Of a stretch of 46,934 nt of DNA, positions 9,979 to 19,543 are shown piece by piece. Both the position numbers and the translations under genes were made by a program. Within the stretch, counting starts at the first letter, position 1; every line of letters begins with the position of its first letter. This stretch comes from a virus. A model generated the notes under the pieces. It did no database searches. It was given only the letters and a program-made list of their open reading frames with translations, and was not told where the DNA came from. The stretch spans positions 1-46,934 of IMG/VR virus record IMGVR_UViG_3300002461_000395, one strand, 5' to 3'.

Positions 9979-10526
9979 ACGACCTCACCCTCTTCGCCGC
10001 GGTGCGCACGGTCCTGCTGGCCGGGCTGGTGGACAACGGGCAAAGCGCCGTCCCGGTCGTCCAGTTCAACCCCGCGACCTTGCAAGGCCGCCCGTCGGGC
10101 CCGGCGCTGCTCTTCCAGAAAATCGGTGACCGTCGGTACGGCTGGACGAAGCGCGAAGACGTGCCGGATCCCGACGTGCCGACGCAGATGATCCACCGCG
10201 AAGTGCAGGACTACGAGAGCACGCTGCAGTTCGAGGCGCTCGGACCTCCGGCGGCATCGGACGGGGCGGCGCTGCCCACGTCCACGGCGTCCGACCTCGT
10301 GAACCTCGCCGCCGCTATTCTGCAAAGCGACAAGGCGATCCAAGCCCTGCGCGTGCTCGGCCTGGCCGTGCTGCGCGTGACGGACGTGCGCAACCCGTTC
10401 ATGCAAAACGACCGCGACCAGTTCGAGGCGGTCCCCTCGTTTGATTTGGTCGTGACACACGAACAGATTATGCTATCAACGACGCCAGCCGCCGTTGTCG
10501 GCGAACTCCGCATGGCGAGGGTCTAG
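9975..10526 (+). CDS. Tail-completion / sheath-terminator candidate (hypothetical)
   Basis: 183 aa, overlapping the upstream stop and directly preceding the sheath gene. Confidence 0.5.
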   Translation: MNDLTLFAAVRTVLLAGLVDNGQSAVPVVQFNPATLQGRPSGPALLFQKIGDRRYGWTKREDVPDPDVPTQMIHREVQDYESTLQFEALGPPAASDGAALPTSTASDLVNLAAAILQSDKAIQALRVLGLAVLRVTDVRNPFMQNDRDQFEAVPSFDLVVTHEQIMLSTTPAAVVGELRMARV

Positions 10527-10528
10527 GT

Positions 10529-12031
10529 ATGAGCATCGACATTACCCGCTACGTCCAGGTCACGAGCGCCGTTGCGGCGACCGGGGGCGTCCCTCAACGT
10601 GAGCTGATCCTGCGCCTCTTCTCGGAAAGCGCACGCGTCCCGACCGACGCGATCATCGAGTTCACGAGCGCCGCCGACGTGGGCGCTTATTTTGGCACCT
10701 CGAGCGTCGAGTACCTGCGCGCCCGGGCCTACTTCGCGTTCGTCAGCAAGTCGCTCTCGACGCCCCGCAAGATCAGCTACGGCCGCCACGCCCGCGTCGC
10801 GTCGCCCGCCCGCATTTACGGCACCTCGCCGGTCGCCTCGCTGACCACGCTGCAAAACATCACCGCCGGCACGCTCTCGCTGACCATCGGCGCGCAGACC
10901 GCCAACCTGACCGGCATCAATTTCTCCTCGGCCGTCTCGCTGGCCAACGTCGCCTCGATCCTGCAGACCGCCATCCAGGGCGCCGCGGGTGCGCAGTTCA
11001 CGAGCGCCACGGTCGCCTATGACGCCACCGCCGGCTCGTTCAACTTCACCGCCACCGCCGCCGAGACCGCGGCGGCCGACATTTCGGTCAATGCCCTCGC
11101 CGCCGGGTCGATCGCGACCGCGATGGGCTGGGCGACCGGCGCAATCTTCTCGCCCGCCACGCCCGTGCAGACGATCACCGAGGCGCTCGACGCCTCCGTG
11201 GCCATCTCCAACAACTTCGGCTCGTTCGCCTTCGTGGTCACGACGCTCACCAACGACGAGGCGATCGAGGCCGCGACGTGGAACGCCGCCAACAACGTGC
11301 TCTTCATGTTCTGCGCGCGCACGTCGGTCGCCAACGCGGTCGCTCTGTCCGCCGCCACCATCGACAAGGCCGGCACCGGCCTCACGCTGGCGCCCCTGTC
11401 GACCGAGTACCCCGAGCAACTGCCGGGCGCCATTCTCGCCGCGACCAACTACGCCCGCGCCAACTCGGTGCAGAACTACATGTACCAGCAGGCCGACCTC
11501 ACGGCCTCGGTGGTCACGAACGCGCTGGCCGACCTCTACGACCCGCTCCGCGTCAACTATTACGGCCAGACGCAGACCGCCGGCACCAACATCTCGTTCT
11601 ACCAACGCGGCGTGCTCATGGGCGGCGCCACCGCCCCCGTGGACATGAACGTCTACGCGAACGAAATTTGGTTCAAGGACGCCGCACAGACCGCCATCCT
11701 GGCGCTGCTGCTCGCCCTGCCGCGCATCCCGGCCAACGCCGACGGACGCGGCCAGATCCTCGCCATCCTGCAGGACCCGATCAATCAGGCCCTCTTCAAC
11801 GGCACGATCAGCGCCGGGAAGACCCTCACCACCGCGCAGCGCCTCTACGTTACCGAGCTGACCGACGACCCGGACGCTTTCCAGCAAGTCCAGTCGATCG
11901 GCTACTGGGTCGACTGCGTGATCGAACCCCGAACCGTCGATGACCGCACCGAGTACGTCGCCGTGTACACCCTCGTGTACGGCAAGGACGACACCGTGCG
12001 GAAAGTCGAAGGCCAGCACATTCTCGTTTAA
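10529..12031 (+). CDS. Tail sheath protein (DUF3383-like)
   Basis: 500 aa and Ala/Thr-rich, followed by a 148-aa tube-like gene, a chaperone and a tape measure. This is the classic contractile-tail gene order. Confidence 0.75.
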   Translation: MSIDITRYVQVTSAVAATGGVPQRELILRLFSESARVPTDAIIEFTSAADVGAYFGTSSVEYLRARAYFAFVSKSLSTPRKISYGRHARVASPARIYGTSPVASLTTLQNITAGTLSLTIGAQTANLTGINFSSAVSLANVASILQTAIQGAAGAQFTSATVAYDATAGSFNFTATAAETAAADISVNALAAGSIATAMGWATGAIFSPATPVQTITEALDASVAISNNFGSFAFVVTTLTNDEAIEAATWNAANNVLFMFCARTSVANAVALSAATIDKAGTGLTLAPLSTEYPEQLPGAILAATNYARANSVQNYMYQQADLTASVVTNALADLYDPLRVNYYGQTQTAGTNISFYQRGVLMGGATAPVDMNVYANEIWFKDAAQTAILALLLALPRIPANADGRGQILAILQDPINQALFNGTISAGKTLTTAQRLYVTELTDDPDAFQQVQSIGYWVDCVIEPRTVDDRTEYVAVYTLVYGKDDTVRKVEGQHILV

Positions 12032-12045
12032 GGGCACGCAGCACC

Positions 12046-12492
12046 ATGGCCAACGACGTTTCGGGCTTCGGCCTTCGTCTCCGCATCACCGCCTCGCGCA
12101 CCTTCCCGGCGGGCTTCACGGTCACCCGGTTCGCGGACGACGCGGACCCGTTCGACCTGCCGTCCATCCAGATCGCCGACAAGGCGATGGGGCTCAACGG
12201 CGACCTGGTGACCTGGTCCAAGGCGAACCCGATCAACACGACGGTCAACGTCATCCCCGGCAGCGAGGACGACCGTAATCTGGCCGTGCTGCTCGAGGCG
12301 AACCGCGTGGGCCGCGGCAAGTCCGGCGCCCGCGACCAGATTACGATGACGGGCACGTACCCGGACGGCCGCAGCATCACCCTGTCGGCCGGCGTCATCA
12401 CGGACGGCATGCCGGGCAACAGTGTCGCCAGTGCCGGCCGCCTCAAGTCCAAGGCGTATCAGTTCGCCTTCGAGGGCCTGTCGCGCGCCTGA
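12046..12492 (+). CDS. Tail tube protein (DUF3277-like)
   Basis: 148 aa ([37 protein letters not shown]...), located between the sheath and chaperone genes. Confidence 0.75.
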   Translation: MANDVSGFGLRLRITASRTFPAGFTVTRFADDADPFDLPSIQIADKAMGLNGDLVTWSKANPINTTVNVIPGSEDDRNLAVLLEANRVGRGKSGARDQITMTGTYPDGRSITLSAGVITDGMPGNSVASAGRLKSKAYQFAFEGLSRA

Positions 12493-12554
12493 CGGCTGGA
12501 CGCTCGCGCCGCTCGGCGTTACGGTGCGGTCAAACCCTGTAGGAACCGCACCCC

Positions 12555-12995
12555 ATGCTCTATCCCAAGGACCTCGAACTCAAGACCGCGGCGGGCGTTA
12601 CAAAGACCTTCGTGCTGACGAAGTTCCCCGCCACGGTCGGCCGCGAGATCGTCGCTAAATACCCCACGGCCAACCTGCCCAAGCTGGGCGACTACGGCGT
12701 GAGCGAGGCCACGATGCTGCGGCTCATGGCGCACGTCGGCGTGCGGCTGGACGGCCGCGACGAGCCGCAGATGCTCAACACCCGCGCCCTCGTGGACAAC
12801 CACGCCGAGGACTGGGAAACCCTGGCGCGCCTTGAGTGGGCCATGCTTGAGTACAATTGCAGTTTTTTCGCGAACGGGCTGAGCTCCGATACCCTCACCG
12901 GGCTCGTGGAGAAAGCCCGGCCGTGGATTTCCCAAATGTTGACGGCTTTATCGGCGCAATCGTCGCCAGCCGCCAAGCCACCCTCCGAGAACTAA
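12555..12995 (+). CDS. Tail assembly chaperone (0-frame product)
   Basis: 146 aa, located between the tube and tape-measure genes. It contains a slippery heptamer and an overlapping -1 frame ORF. Confidence 0.7.
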   Translation: MLYPKDLELKTAAGVTKTFVLTKFPATVGREIVAKYPTANLPKLGDYGVSEATMLRLMAHVGVRLDGRDEPQMLNTRALVDNHAEDWETLARLEWAMLEYNCSFFANGLSSDTLTGLVEKARPWISQMLTALSAQSSPAAKPPSEN

Positions 12996-13096
12996 GCACG
13001 GTCTATACACTCGAGGATGCGTTCGACCTGTTTGAGATCGTCATCACTACCAACGTCAACGAGTACCTGGCCCAAGAGCACGCGAACCGCAAATAA
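12857..13096 (+). CDS. -1 frame extension of the tail assembly chaperone (frameshift product, 12555..12869 joined to 12869..13096)
   Basis: The ORF in the -1 frame is open from the slippery site onward. It ends with a TAA that overlaps the tape-measure ATG (TAATG at 13094..13098). Confidence 0.55.
   Translation: MQFFRERAELRYPHRARGESPAVDFPNVDGFIGAIVASRQATLRELSTVYTLEDAFDLFEIVITTNVNEYLAQEHANRK
12863..12869 (+). promoter_or_regulatory. Candidate -1 programmed frameshift heptamer T_TTT_TTC
   Basis: The 0-frame codons are AGT TTT TTC (S F F). This gives the X_XXY_YYZ pattern exactly where the -1 ORF becomes open. Confidence 0.5.
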
Positions 13097-14868
13097 TGGG
13101 CATCCTCGACACCTTCTATATCCTGTTCGACACCGACGCCAAAAAGGCCGAGCGGGAAATGGCGGACGTGCGTCGGGAAGGCGAGCGCACCGCCGACGCG
13201 ATCAACGACAGCGTCAAGGGCGCCCGGCACCTCGCTCCGGCCATCGACAAGGCGGCCGACAACGCGGGACGGCTGGGGCGGTCCTTCCGGGGCGTCGCGG
13301 GGCTGGTCACGGGGGTGCTGGCGGGCCTGGCGACGGCGAACCTTGCCGGCGGCCTGCTCAATGCGTCCGAGGGCTACAGCCGGTTCGGCAACTCTCTGCG
13401 CGTCGCGGGGCTTGAGGGCGAGCAACTGCTGGCCGTCGAGAACGCCCTGTACGCCTCGTCGCGCCGCAACGGTGTCGAGCTGGAAAGCCTCGGCACCTTG
13501 TACAGCCGCGTCTCGTCCGCCGCCGCCGAACTCGGTGTGAGCGAGGCCCAGGTGCTGCAGGTCACCGACGCGGTCTCGGCCGCCATCCGCGTGCAGGGCG
13601 GCGACGCCTCGCAGGCGCAAGGGGCCATGCTGCAGCTCGGTCAGGCGCTCGGCGCGGGCACGGTCCGGGCCGAAGAGTTCAACTCGATCACCGAGGGCAT
13701 GCTGCCGCTGCTGCAGGCCGCCGCCTTCGCCTCCGACAAATACAGGGGCAGCGTCGCCCGCCTCCGTGCGGACGTGCTGGCCGGCAACGTCACGTCGCGC
13801 CAGTTCTTCGACATGATCCGCGCCGGCACCGACTACCTCAACGACAAGGCGGCCAAGGCGCCGCTCACCGTTGCGCAGTCCATGGTCGCGCTGCGCAACG
13901 CCGTCACCGTGACCGTCGGGCGGCTGGACAAGGTGTGGGGGGTCACGCGCACGATCGGCGCGGCGCTCGGGTGGGTGGCGGAAAACCTCGACACTGCCGC
14001 TGTGGGCTTCGCGGTTTTCGCGGGCGTCATCACCGCCGTGTACCTGCCCGCCATGACCGCTGCGGCCGTCGCTACACTCGCCGCGACCTGGCCGATCCTG
14101 GCCATCATCGCCGCCGCTGCCGCGCTCGGCGTGGCCTTCGCGCTGGCGTACGACGACGTTAAGGCGTTCATGTCCGGTCAGGACAGCCTGATCGGCAATC
14201 TCATGGAGCGTTACGGCTGGTTCCGGGCGACCATTGAGGGTCTCGGCGTGGCTTTCCGCGTCGTGGCGCGCATTGTGCTCTCGGTCGCAGCGGCCGGCGT
14301 GCGCGCCGCGCAGATCCTCGTCTCGGCCTTCCGGGGCTTCTATGCCGTCGCCGCGCCAATCTTTTCGCTCTTCCGCGACGTGGTCGTGGCGGTATGGTCG
14401 GCTATCAGCAGCGCCGTCATGGACCGGATCCGCCCGTGGCTTCCGCTGATCCGCTTCGTGTTCGACGCCATGACCGCGGGCATCCAGGTCGTCGGCTCCG
14501 TTTTCGGCGCGGTCTTCCAAGCTATCGGCGCATGGTGGGATCGCGTGTTCGGCAACATCGTGCGGGGTATCAACGTCGCGGTCAACGCCGCGCGAGGCCT
14601 GCTCGGCATGTCGGTGAGCGACAGCGCCCGGGCGGCGGCGTCCGGCGTCGGTGTTGGCCAGCGCCAACTCGCAGGCGCGGCGGCCTCGCCGTTCGCCACG
14701 CGTCCAGGGTCGGTCAGCAACAACGCCAGCAGCGTGCGCAATACGACGGTCAACATGGGCGGCGTCAACGTCAACGCGTCCGGGCAGGACCCCGACGCCG
14801 TGAGCCGTGCGCTGGGCTCGACGTTCGGCGCGGCGGCCTTCCAGTTCGACGACGGAGTGGCGCGCTAA
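13096..14868 (+). CDS. Tail tape measure protein
   Basis: 590 aa. The segment AQGAMLQLGQALGAGTVRAEEFNSITEGMLPLLQAAA matches the conserved tape-measure N-terminal domain. There is a long hydrophobic/helical central region, and the position after the chaperone fits. Confidence 0.85.
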   Translation: MGILDTFYILFDTDAKKAEREMADVRREGERTADAINDSVKGARHLAPAIDKAADNAGRLGRSFRGVAGLVTGVLAGLATANLAGGLLNASEGYSRFGNSLRVAGLEGEQLLAVENALYASSRRNGVELESLGTLYSRVSSAAAELGVSEAQVLQVTDAVSAAIRVQGGDASQAQGAMLQLGQALGAGTVRAEEFNSITEGMLPLLQAAAFASDKYRGSVARLRADVLAGNVTSRQFFDMIRAGTDYLNDKAAKAPLTVAQSMVALRNAVTVTVGRLDKVWGVTRTIGAALGWVAENLDTAAVGFAVFAGVITAVYLPAMTAAAVATLAATWPILAIIAAAAALGVAFALAYDDVKAFMSGQDSLIGNLMERYGWFRATIEGLGVAFRVVARIVLSVAAAGVRAAQILVSAFRGFYAVAAPIFSLFRDVVVAVWSAISSAVMDRIRPWLPLIRFVFDAMTAGIQVVGSVFGAVFQAIGAWWDRVFGNIVRGINVAVNAARGLLGMSVSDSARAAASGVGVGQRQLAGAAASPFATRPGSVSNNASSVRNTTVNMGGVNVNASGQDPDAVSRALGSTFGAAAFQFDDGVAR

Positions 14869-15464
14869 TGGCCTTGACCGCGACCAGCACCGAAGAGGCG
14901 ACCGCCACCACCGACATCGTGGCCATCCGCCGCGCCGACACGGGCGAGCAAGTCTTCGCCGCCGCACGCCCCATGACGGCCAGCGTGTACGAGGTCGCGA
15001 AGGCCATGGAGCACCCGCTCGAGGACGGGGCGACCATCATCGACCACCTGGTCTTCCAGCCGGTCGAGATTGAAATGCCGCTCATGGTCACGGGCGAAAC
15101 CGCGGCCGACGTGTACGACGAGATCCGCCAGCTATTCCGCGCCGGCATCCTGCTCTCCGTGCAAGCCAAGGCGCGCACGTACGATAGCATGCTGATCGTC
15201 GCCGTGCCTCACGACGAACGGCCCGAGGAGTTCGACGCGCTCACCATCTCGCTGCAACTGCGCGAGGCCGTCTTCGTGGCCAGCACCTACGGCGGCGCGA
15301 CGGTGGTGGCGCCCGCCCCGGCCCGCCCCGGCGCACCGGCTACCCGCGCGCCCGCCGCCCGCGTGGCCACGACCCGGCGCGGGGCCCAGCAGACCACGCC
15401 CGCTCCGCCTGTCGCCGAGAGCCGGAGTTCGATCCTCTTCCGCCAGTTCGGGAGGCCGCAATGA
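14868..15464 (+). CDS. Distal tail / baseplate assembly protein (hypothetical)
   Basis: The ATG at 14868 overlaps the tape-measure stop (TAATG). The product is 198 aa. The longer ORF-track version (14394) lies inside the tape-measure gene. Confidence 0.6.
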   Translation: MALTATSTEEATATTDIVAIRRADTGEQVFAAARPMTASVYEVAKAMEHPLEDGATIIDHLVFQPVEIEMPLMVTGETAADVYDEIRQLFRAGILLSVQAKARTYDSMLIVAVPHDERPEEFDALTISLQLREAVFVASTYGGATVVAPAPARPGAPATRAPAARVATTRRGAQQTTPAPPVAESRSSILFRQFGRPQ

Positions 15465-15757
15465 GGGTCATTCCTCTTGAAGCCGTGCCTAACCAGGCGT
15501 TCACGGTGCGTGTCGACGATCAGGCGTTCGGGCTGCGCATCAAGGAAGCCAACGGCGTCATGGTGGCGGACGTGTCGGTCGGCGGCGTCGAGATCCTCTC
15601 GGCGGTGCGCCTGTGCGCCGGCACGCCGATCATCCCGTACGCGTATCTCGCGGGCGCGGGCAACTTCGTCCTGCTCACCGATGGCGGCGACCTGCCCGCC
15701 TATGCGCAGTTCAGCATCACGCAAACGCTGGTCTATGCCGCGCCGGAGGAAACGTGA
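15461..15757 (+). CDS. Small baseplate-module protein (hypothetical)
   Basis: 98 aa, coupled to its neighbours by overlapping start and stop codons. Confidence 0.55.
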   Translation: MRVIPLEAVPNQAFTVRVDDQAFGLRIKEANGVMVADVSVGGVEILSAVRLCAGTPIIPYAYLAGAGNFVLLTDGGDLPAYAQFSITQTLVYAAPEET

Positions 15758-16599
15758 GCGGCGCGCTTAACCCCCGCTTGCTGCGCGTCGGCATTGAGAT
15801 CAACGGCGAAATTCGCGTCTATGACGAGCGCCTCGATATCCGCGTGTCGGGCACCAAAATGGCGAGCGCGGCGCAGAACGAGTGCGAGGTCACGATCTCG
15901 AACCTGTCGCGCGACGTGCGCAACTACCTGCTCACCGAGACGAGCCCGTTCAACCCGAACCGCAAGCCCAAGCGTATGTACGTGGACGTGGGCCGCGTCT
16001 CGACCGGCCTGCAGCGCATTTTCGTCGGTGAGATCACGCAGTCCTCGCCGTCGCAGCCGCCCGATATCGGCCTCACGCTCAAGGCGCTCACGGGGGCCTA
16101 TTCGCGCGGTCTGATCATCGCCCGCTCCGGCCTCTCGCAAGAGCCCCTCTCGGCCATCGCCGCCCGGGTCGCCGCGGACCTCGGCGTGCGGCTGGACTTC
16201 CAAGCGACGGACAAGTCGATCGGTAACTACGCGTTCAACGGCAACGCCCTGGCGCAGGTCAACGCGCTCGAACTGGCCGGCGGCGTGGACGCCTATCTCG
16301 ACGACACGACCCTCGTAATCAAGAACCGCGACGCCGCCTTGCCCGAGCGGGTCAAGGTGCTCTCGCGCGACAGCGGCATGGTCGGCGTGCCCGAGGCCAC
16401 GGAACGGGGCGTCAAGGTGACGTTCCTGCTGGACAAGGATACCGTGCTCGGCGGACGGCTCGACCTTGAGAGCGGCCTTAACCCGGCGCTCACGGGCAGT
16501 TATACGATCTACACGCTGGGCTTCGAGGCCGCGTCGCGCGAGACGCCGTTCTACTGGACGGCCGAAGCGTCCCGCAACGGATATGTGCCGCCACAATGA
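15754..16599 (+). CDS. Baseplate hub-like protein
   Basis: The GTG at 15754 (GTGA overlap) gives 281 aa. It immediately precedes the central spike gene. Confidence 0.6.
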   Translation: MSGALNPRLLRVGIEINGEIRVYDERLDIRVSGTKMASAAQNECEVTISNLSRDVRNYLLTETSPFNPNRKPKRMYVDVGRVSTGLQRIFVGEITQSSPSQPPDIGLTLKALTGAYSRGLIIARSGLSQEPLSAIAARVAADLGVRLDFQATDKSIGNYAFNGNALAQVNALELAGGVDAYLDDTTLVIKNRDAALPERVKVLSRDSGMVGVPEATERGVKVTFLLDKDTVLGGRLDLESGLNPALTGSYTIYTLGFEAASRETPFYWTAEASRNGYVPPQ

Positions 16600-17351
16600 C
16601 CGACAGCTACGCCCCGCCCAGCGCCAACCCGGCCGACAGCAGCGGCACGATGCAAGGGCTGCTGCGCGTGTTCGGCGAGAAGCTCAAGCAGAACACCGAC
16701 GACATGCTGCCCGCCCGCGTCGTGGCCTACGACCGCGCCACCAACCGCGCCACCGTGCAGCCCCTCGTCCAAATGGTCACGACGACCGGGGAGCGCGTCG
16801 CACGTGCGCAGATCCCGTCTGTGCCGGTTTTCCAGTACGCGGGCGGGGGCTTCGTGATCGCCTTCCCCCTGGCGCCCGGCGATCTCGGGTGGCTTAAGGC
16901 GTCCGACCGCGACATTGGCCTGGTCCTGCAGACGCTCGCCGAGGCCGAGCCCAACACGGCGCGCACGCACTCATTTCAGGACGGCATGTTCTTCCCGGAC
17001 GTGTTGCGCCAGTGGACGCTCGACGGCGAGGACACCGAGCGCCTCGTCATCCAATCGACGGACGGGGCCACGCGCATCGCAGTCGGCGCGGAGATCGTCG
17101 CCGTGACCACGCCCGGGGCCGTCGAGGTGACCGCCGAGACCCTCACCGCAACCGTGACGACAGCGGACGTGACCGCGTCGGGCGGCGCAACCGTGACGAC
17201 GCCCCTGCTGACCGTAGAGGGCAACCTGCTGGTCACCGGCACCATCACCGGGCAGGGTGGCCTTACCGGGGCGGGTGGGCTATCGTTCGAGACGCACAAG
17301 CATGGCGGCGTCGCGGCCGGCGCGGCGACCAGCGGAGGCCCCGTCCCGTGA
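16596..17351 (+). CDS. Baseplate central spike (Gp138-N / gpV-like)
   Basis: The segment ARVVAYDRATNRATVQPLV...IPSVPV resembles the Gp138 N-terminal OB fold. A Thr/Val-rich beta-helical segment follows, and the C-terminal FETHKHGGV motif is typical of gpV/gp45 spikes. Confidence 0.75.
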   Translation: MTDSYAPPSANPADSSGTMQGLLRVFGEKLKQNTDDMLPARVVAYDRATNRATVQPLVQMVTTTGERVARAQIPSVPVFQYAGGGFVIAFPLAPGDLGWLKASDRDIGLVLQTLAEAEPNTARTHSFQDGMFFPDVLRQWTLDGEDTERLVIQSTDGATRIAVGAEIVAVTTPGAVEVTAETLTATVTTADVTASGGATVTTPLLTVEGNLLVTGTITGQGGLTGAGGLSFETHKHGGVAAGAATSGGPVP

Positions 17352-17695
17352 CCCTGTCCTTTGCCGTCACCGCCGACAACGATCTGGTCGTCGCCGCCAA
17401 CGGGTCGCTCGCCTTGCTGCAAGCCGACCCCGCCATCTTGCAGACCTCGATCCACGCCGCCCGCACTCGTCTCGGCGAGTGCGTGCTCGACGCCCCGCGC
17501 GGCATCCCCTTCGGCGCGACGGCGTGGGCCGGCGTTCCGGACGTGCAGCGGTTCGTCGCGGCGTTGCGCACGCAGCTATTGGCCGTTGAGGGGGTCACGG
17601 GTATTGTCTCGCTCACCACGCGCCGCGCCGGGTCCAATCTCCGGTACGTCGCGACCCTGCGCACCGTCAACGGCATCGTGACCCTCAATGGCTGA
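17348..17695 (+). CDS. Baseplate wedge protein (gp25/W- or DUF2634-like)
   Basis: GTG at 17348 (GTGA overlap) gives 115 aa. The pattern is LQTSIHAARTRLGECVLDAPRGIPF. It lies upstream of the baseplate J gene. Confidence 0.6.
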   Translation: MTLSFAVTADNDLVVAANGSLALLQADPAILQTSIHAARTRLGECVLDAPRGIPFGATAWAGVPDVQRFVAALRTQLLAVEGVTGIVSLTTRRAGSNLRYVATLRTVNGIVTLNG

Positions 17696-18884
17696 CTACG
17701 GCTATATCTCCGCGACCGGAACGGTGTTCCCGGACACCGGCGACATCCTCGCCCAAGTGCAGGCCGAGTGGCGCGCCGCGTTCGGGCAAGACCTGATCGT
17801 CACGCCGGACACGCCGCAGGGCGTCATCATCACGTTGCAGACGCTCGCCCGCGACGCCCTGGTGCGCAACAACGCCGCGCTGGCCAACCAGATCAACCCA
17901 AACCTCGCGGGCGGCATTTGGCTGGACGCGATTTGGGCGCTGACCGGCGGTGCGCGCGTCGTGGCCACGCGGTCGATCGTGCGCGAGGTCACGGTGGCCG
18001 GCGTTCCCAGCGCGCTCATCCCGCAAGGTTCGCAGGCTCGGGTCGGCGAGGCGGGCGCCCTGTTCGAGACAACCGGCGCCGTCACGCTCAACTCGCTCGG
18101 CCAAGGCCTTGCGACCTTCCGCTCGGTCGAGTTCGGGCCCATCGGCGCCGCGGCGGACGCCTTGGACACGATCGTAACGCCCGTCCTCGGGTGGGAGACG
18201 GTCAACAACCCCACGCCCGCCGAGCCCGGCACGACCACCGAGAGCGACGAGGCCAGCCGCGCCCGCCGCCGGGTCACGCTGGGCGCGCAAGGCGTCGCAC
18301 TGCCCGACGCGATCCTGGCAGGCGTCTGGAATGTCGCGGACGTGACCTCGGTGGTCTTCCGCGAGAACGTCACCGACGCGCCGCTCGTCATTGAGGACCA
18401 GACGCTCGACCCGCACAGCATTTATGTCTGTGTGGACGGCGGCCTCGACAGCGAGATCGGCGCGGCGCTGCTGGCCAAAAAGTCGCTGGGGGCCGGATGG
18501 AACGGGACCACGACCGTCGCGGTGACCGACGCCGCCTCCGGGCAGGTGTACGACGTGTCATTCCAGCGCCCCGACGCTATCCCCATTTTCGCCGCGGTCG
18601 ACGTGAAGGTGCTCGGACCCGGCGGGGATCCGGCCGCCGAGGTTCGCGCCGCCATTGTCGCCTACGCCAACGGCTTGCAGGAGGGCGAGGCGGGGCTGAC
18701 GATCGGTCAGGACGTGTCGGCGTTCGAGTTCGCCGGCGCCGTGAACCGGGCCGCGCCGGAGCTGTACGTCTCTAACGTCCGCATCGGCTTGGCGCCCGGT
18801 GCGCTGGCCACCACGCCCATCGGCATTACGATCTCGGAGCGGGCGCAGGTGATCGCGGGCAACATCGTCGTCAATGTGACCTGA
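17688..18884 (+). CDS. Baseplate J-like protein
   Basis: 398 aa. The N-terminus MADYGYISATG...ILAQVQAEWRAAFG is typical of the gpJ/gp6 family, and the position fits. Confidence 0.8.
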   Translation: MADYGYISATGTVFPDTGDILAQVQAEWRAAFGQDLIVTPDTPQGVIITLQTLARDALVRNNAALANQINPNLAGGIWLDAIWALTGGARVVATRSIVREVTVAGVPSALIPQGSQARVGEAGALFETTGAVTLNSLGQGLATFRSVEFGPIGAAADALDTIVTPVLGWETVNNPTPAEPGTTTESDEASRARRRVTLGAQGVALPDAILAGVWNVADVTSVVFRENVTDAPLVIEDQTLDPHSIYVCVDGGLDSEIGAALLAKKSLGAGWNGTTTVAVTDAASGQVYDVSFQRPDAIPIFAAVDVKVLGPGGDPAAEVRAAIVAYANGLQEGEAGLTIGQDVSAFEFAGAVNRAAPELYVSNVRIGLAPGALATTPIGITISERAQVIAGNIVVNVT

Positions 18885-19543
18885 TGACCACGATCCAGCC
18901 CTTTGACCCCGGCGCGGACCTCGAGAGCGCCCTGCTGTGGCAGTACGAGGCGGCGACCGGCCTGCGGTCCATCGTCGAGAGCGAGCAAGCATGGTTCGAC
19001 ACCAACCAGACCGCGTTCTGGTCGGACTGGTATCGCGACGTGTTCGACCTGCGCACGGCCAACGACTTCGGCCTCTCGGTCTGGGCGTTTCTCCTCGACC
19101 TGCCGCTGCTGGCCTATGCGCCGGCCACGGGCGATCGTCCGGTGTTCGGCTTCGGCGCGTTCAATCTCAACTTCTTCGAAAGCAACTTCGGACGCGACAA
19201 CGACGCCGCGCTGCAGCTCTCGACCGAGCAACGCCGCCTGGCGCTTCGACTGCGCTACTTCCAGCTCACCACGCGCGGCGCGGTCTCGGAGATCAACACC
19301 TTCCTCGCCTATCTCTTCGGCGACGAGGGCGCGGTGTACGTGCTGGACGGGCTGGACATGACCGCTACGTACGTGTTCACCTTCCCGCCCAACGCCGCGC
19401 TCTTGTTCGTGCTGCAGAACTTCGACCTGTTGCCGCGCCCGGCTGGCGTCCGCATCAATATCCTGATAAATCCGGCTGACCGTTTCGGGTTCGCCCCATA
19501 CTATTTGAACTTCGACAACGGCAACTTCGGTGAGAGCGCATGA
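18884..19543 (+). CDS. Baseplate / tail fibre-attachment protein (DUF2612-like)
   Basis: 219 aa with the segment LLWQYEAATGLRSIVESEQAWFD...FWSDWYRDVFDLRTAN, located between gpJ and the tail fibre. Confidence 0.65.
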   Translation: MTTIQPFDPGADLESALLWQYEAATGLRSIVESEQAWFDTNQTAFWSDWYRDVFDLRTANDFGLSVWAFLLDLPLLAYAPATGDRPVFGFGAFNLNFFESNFGRDNDAALQLSTEQRRLALRLRYFQLTTRGAVSEINTFLAYLFGDEGAVYVLDGLDMTATYVFTFPPNAALLFVLQNFDLLPRPAGVRINILINPADRFGFAPYYLNFDNGNFGESA

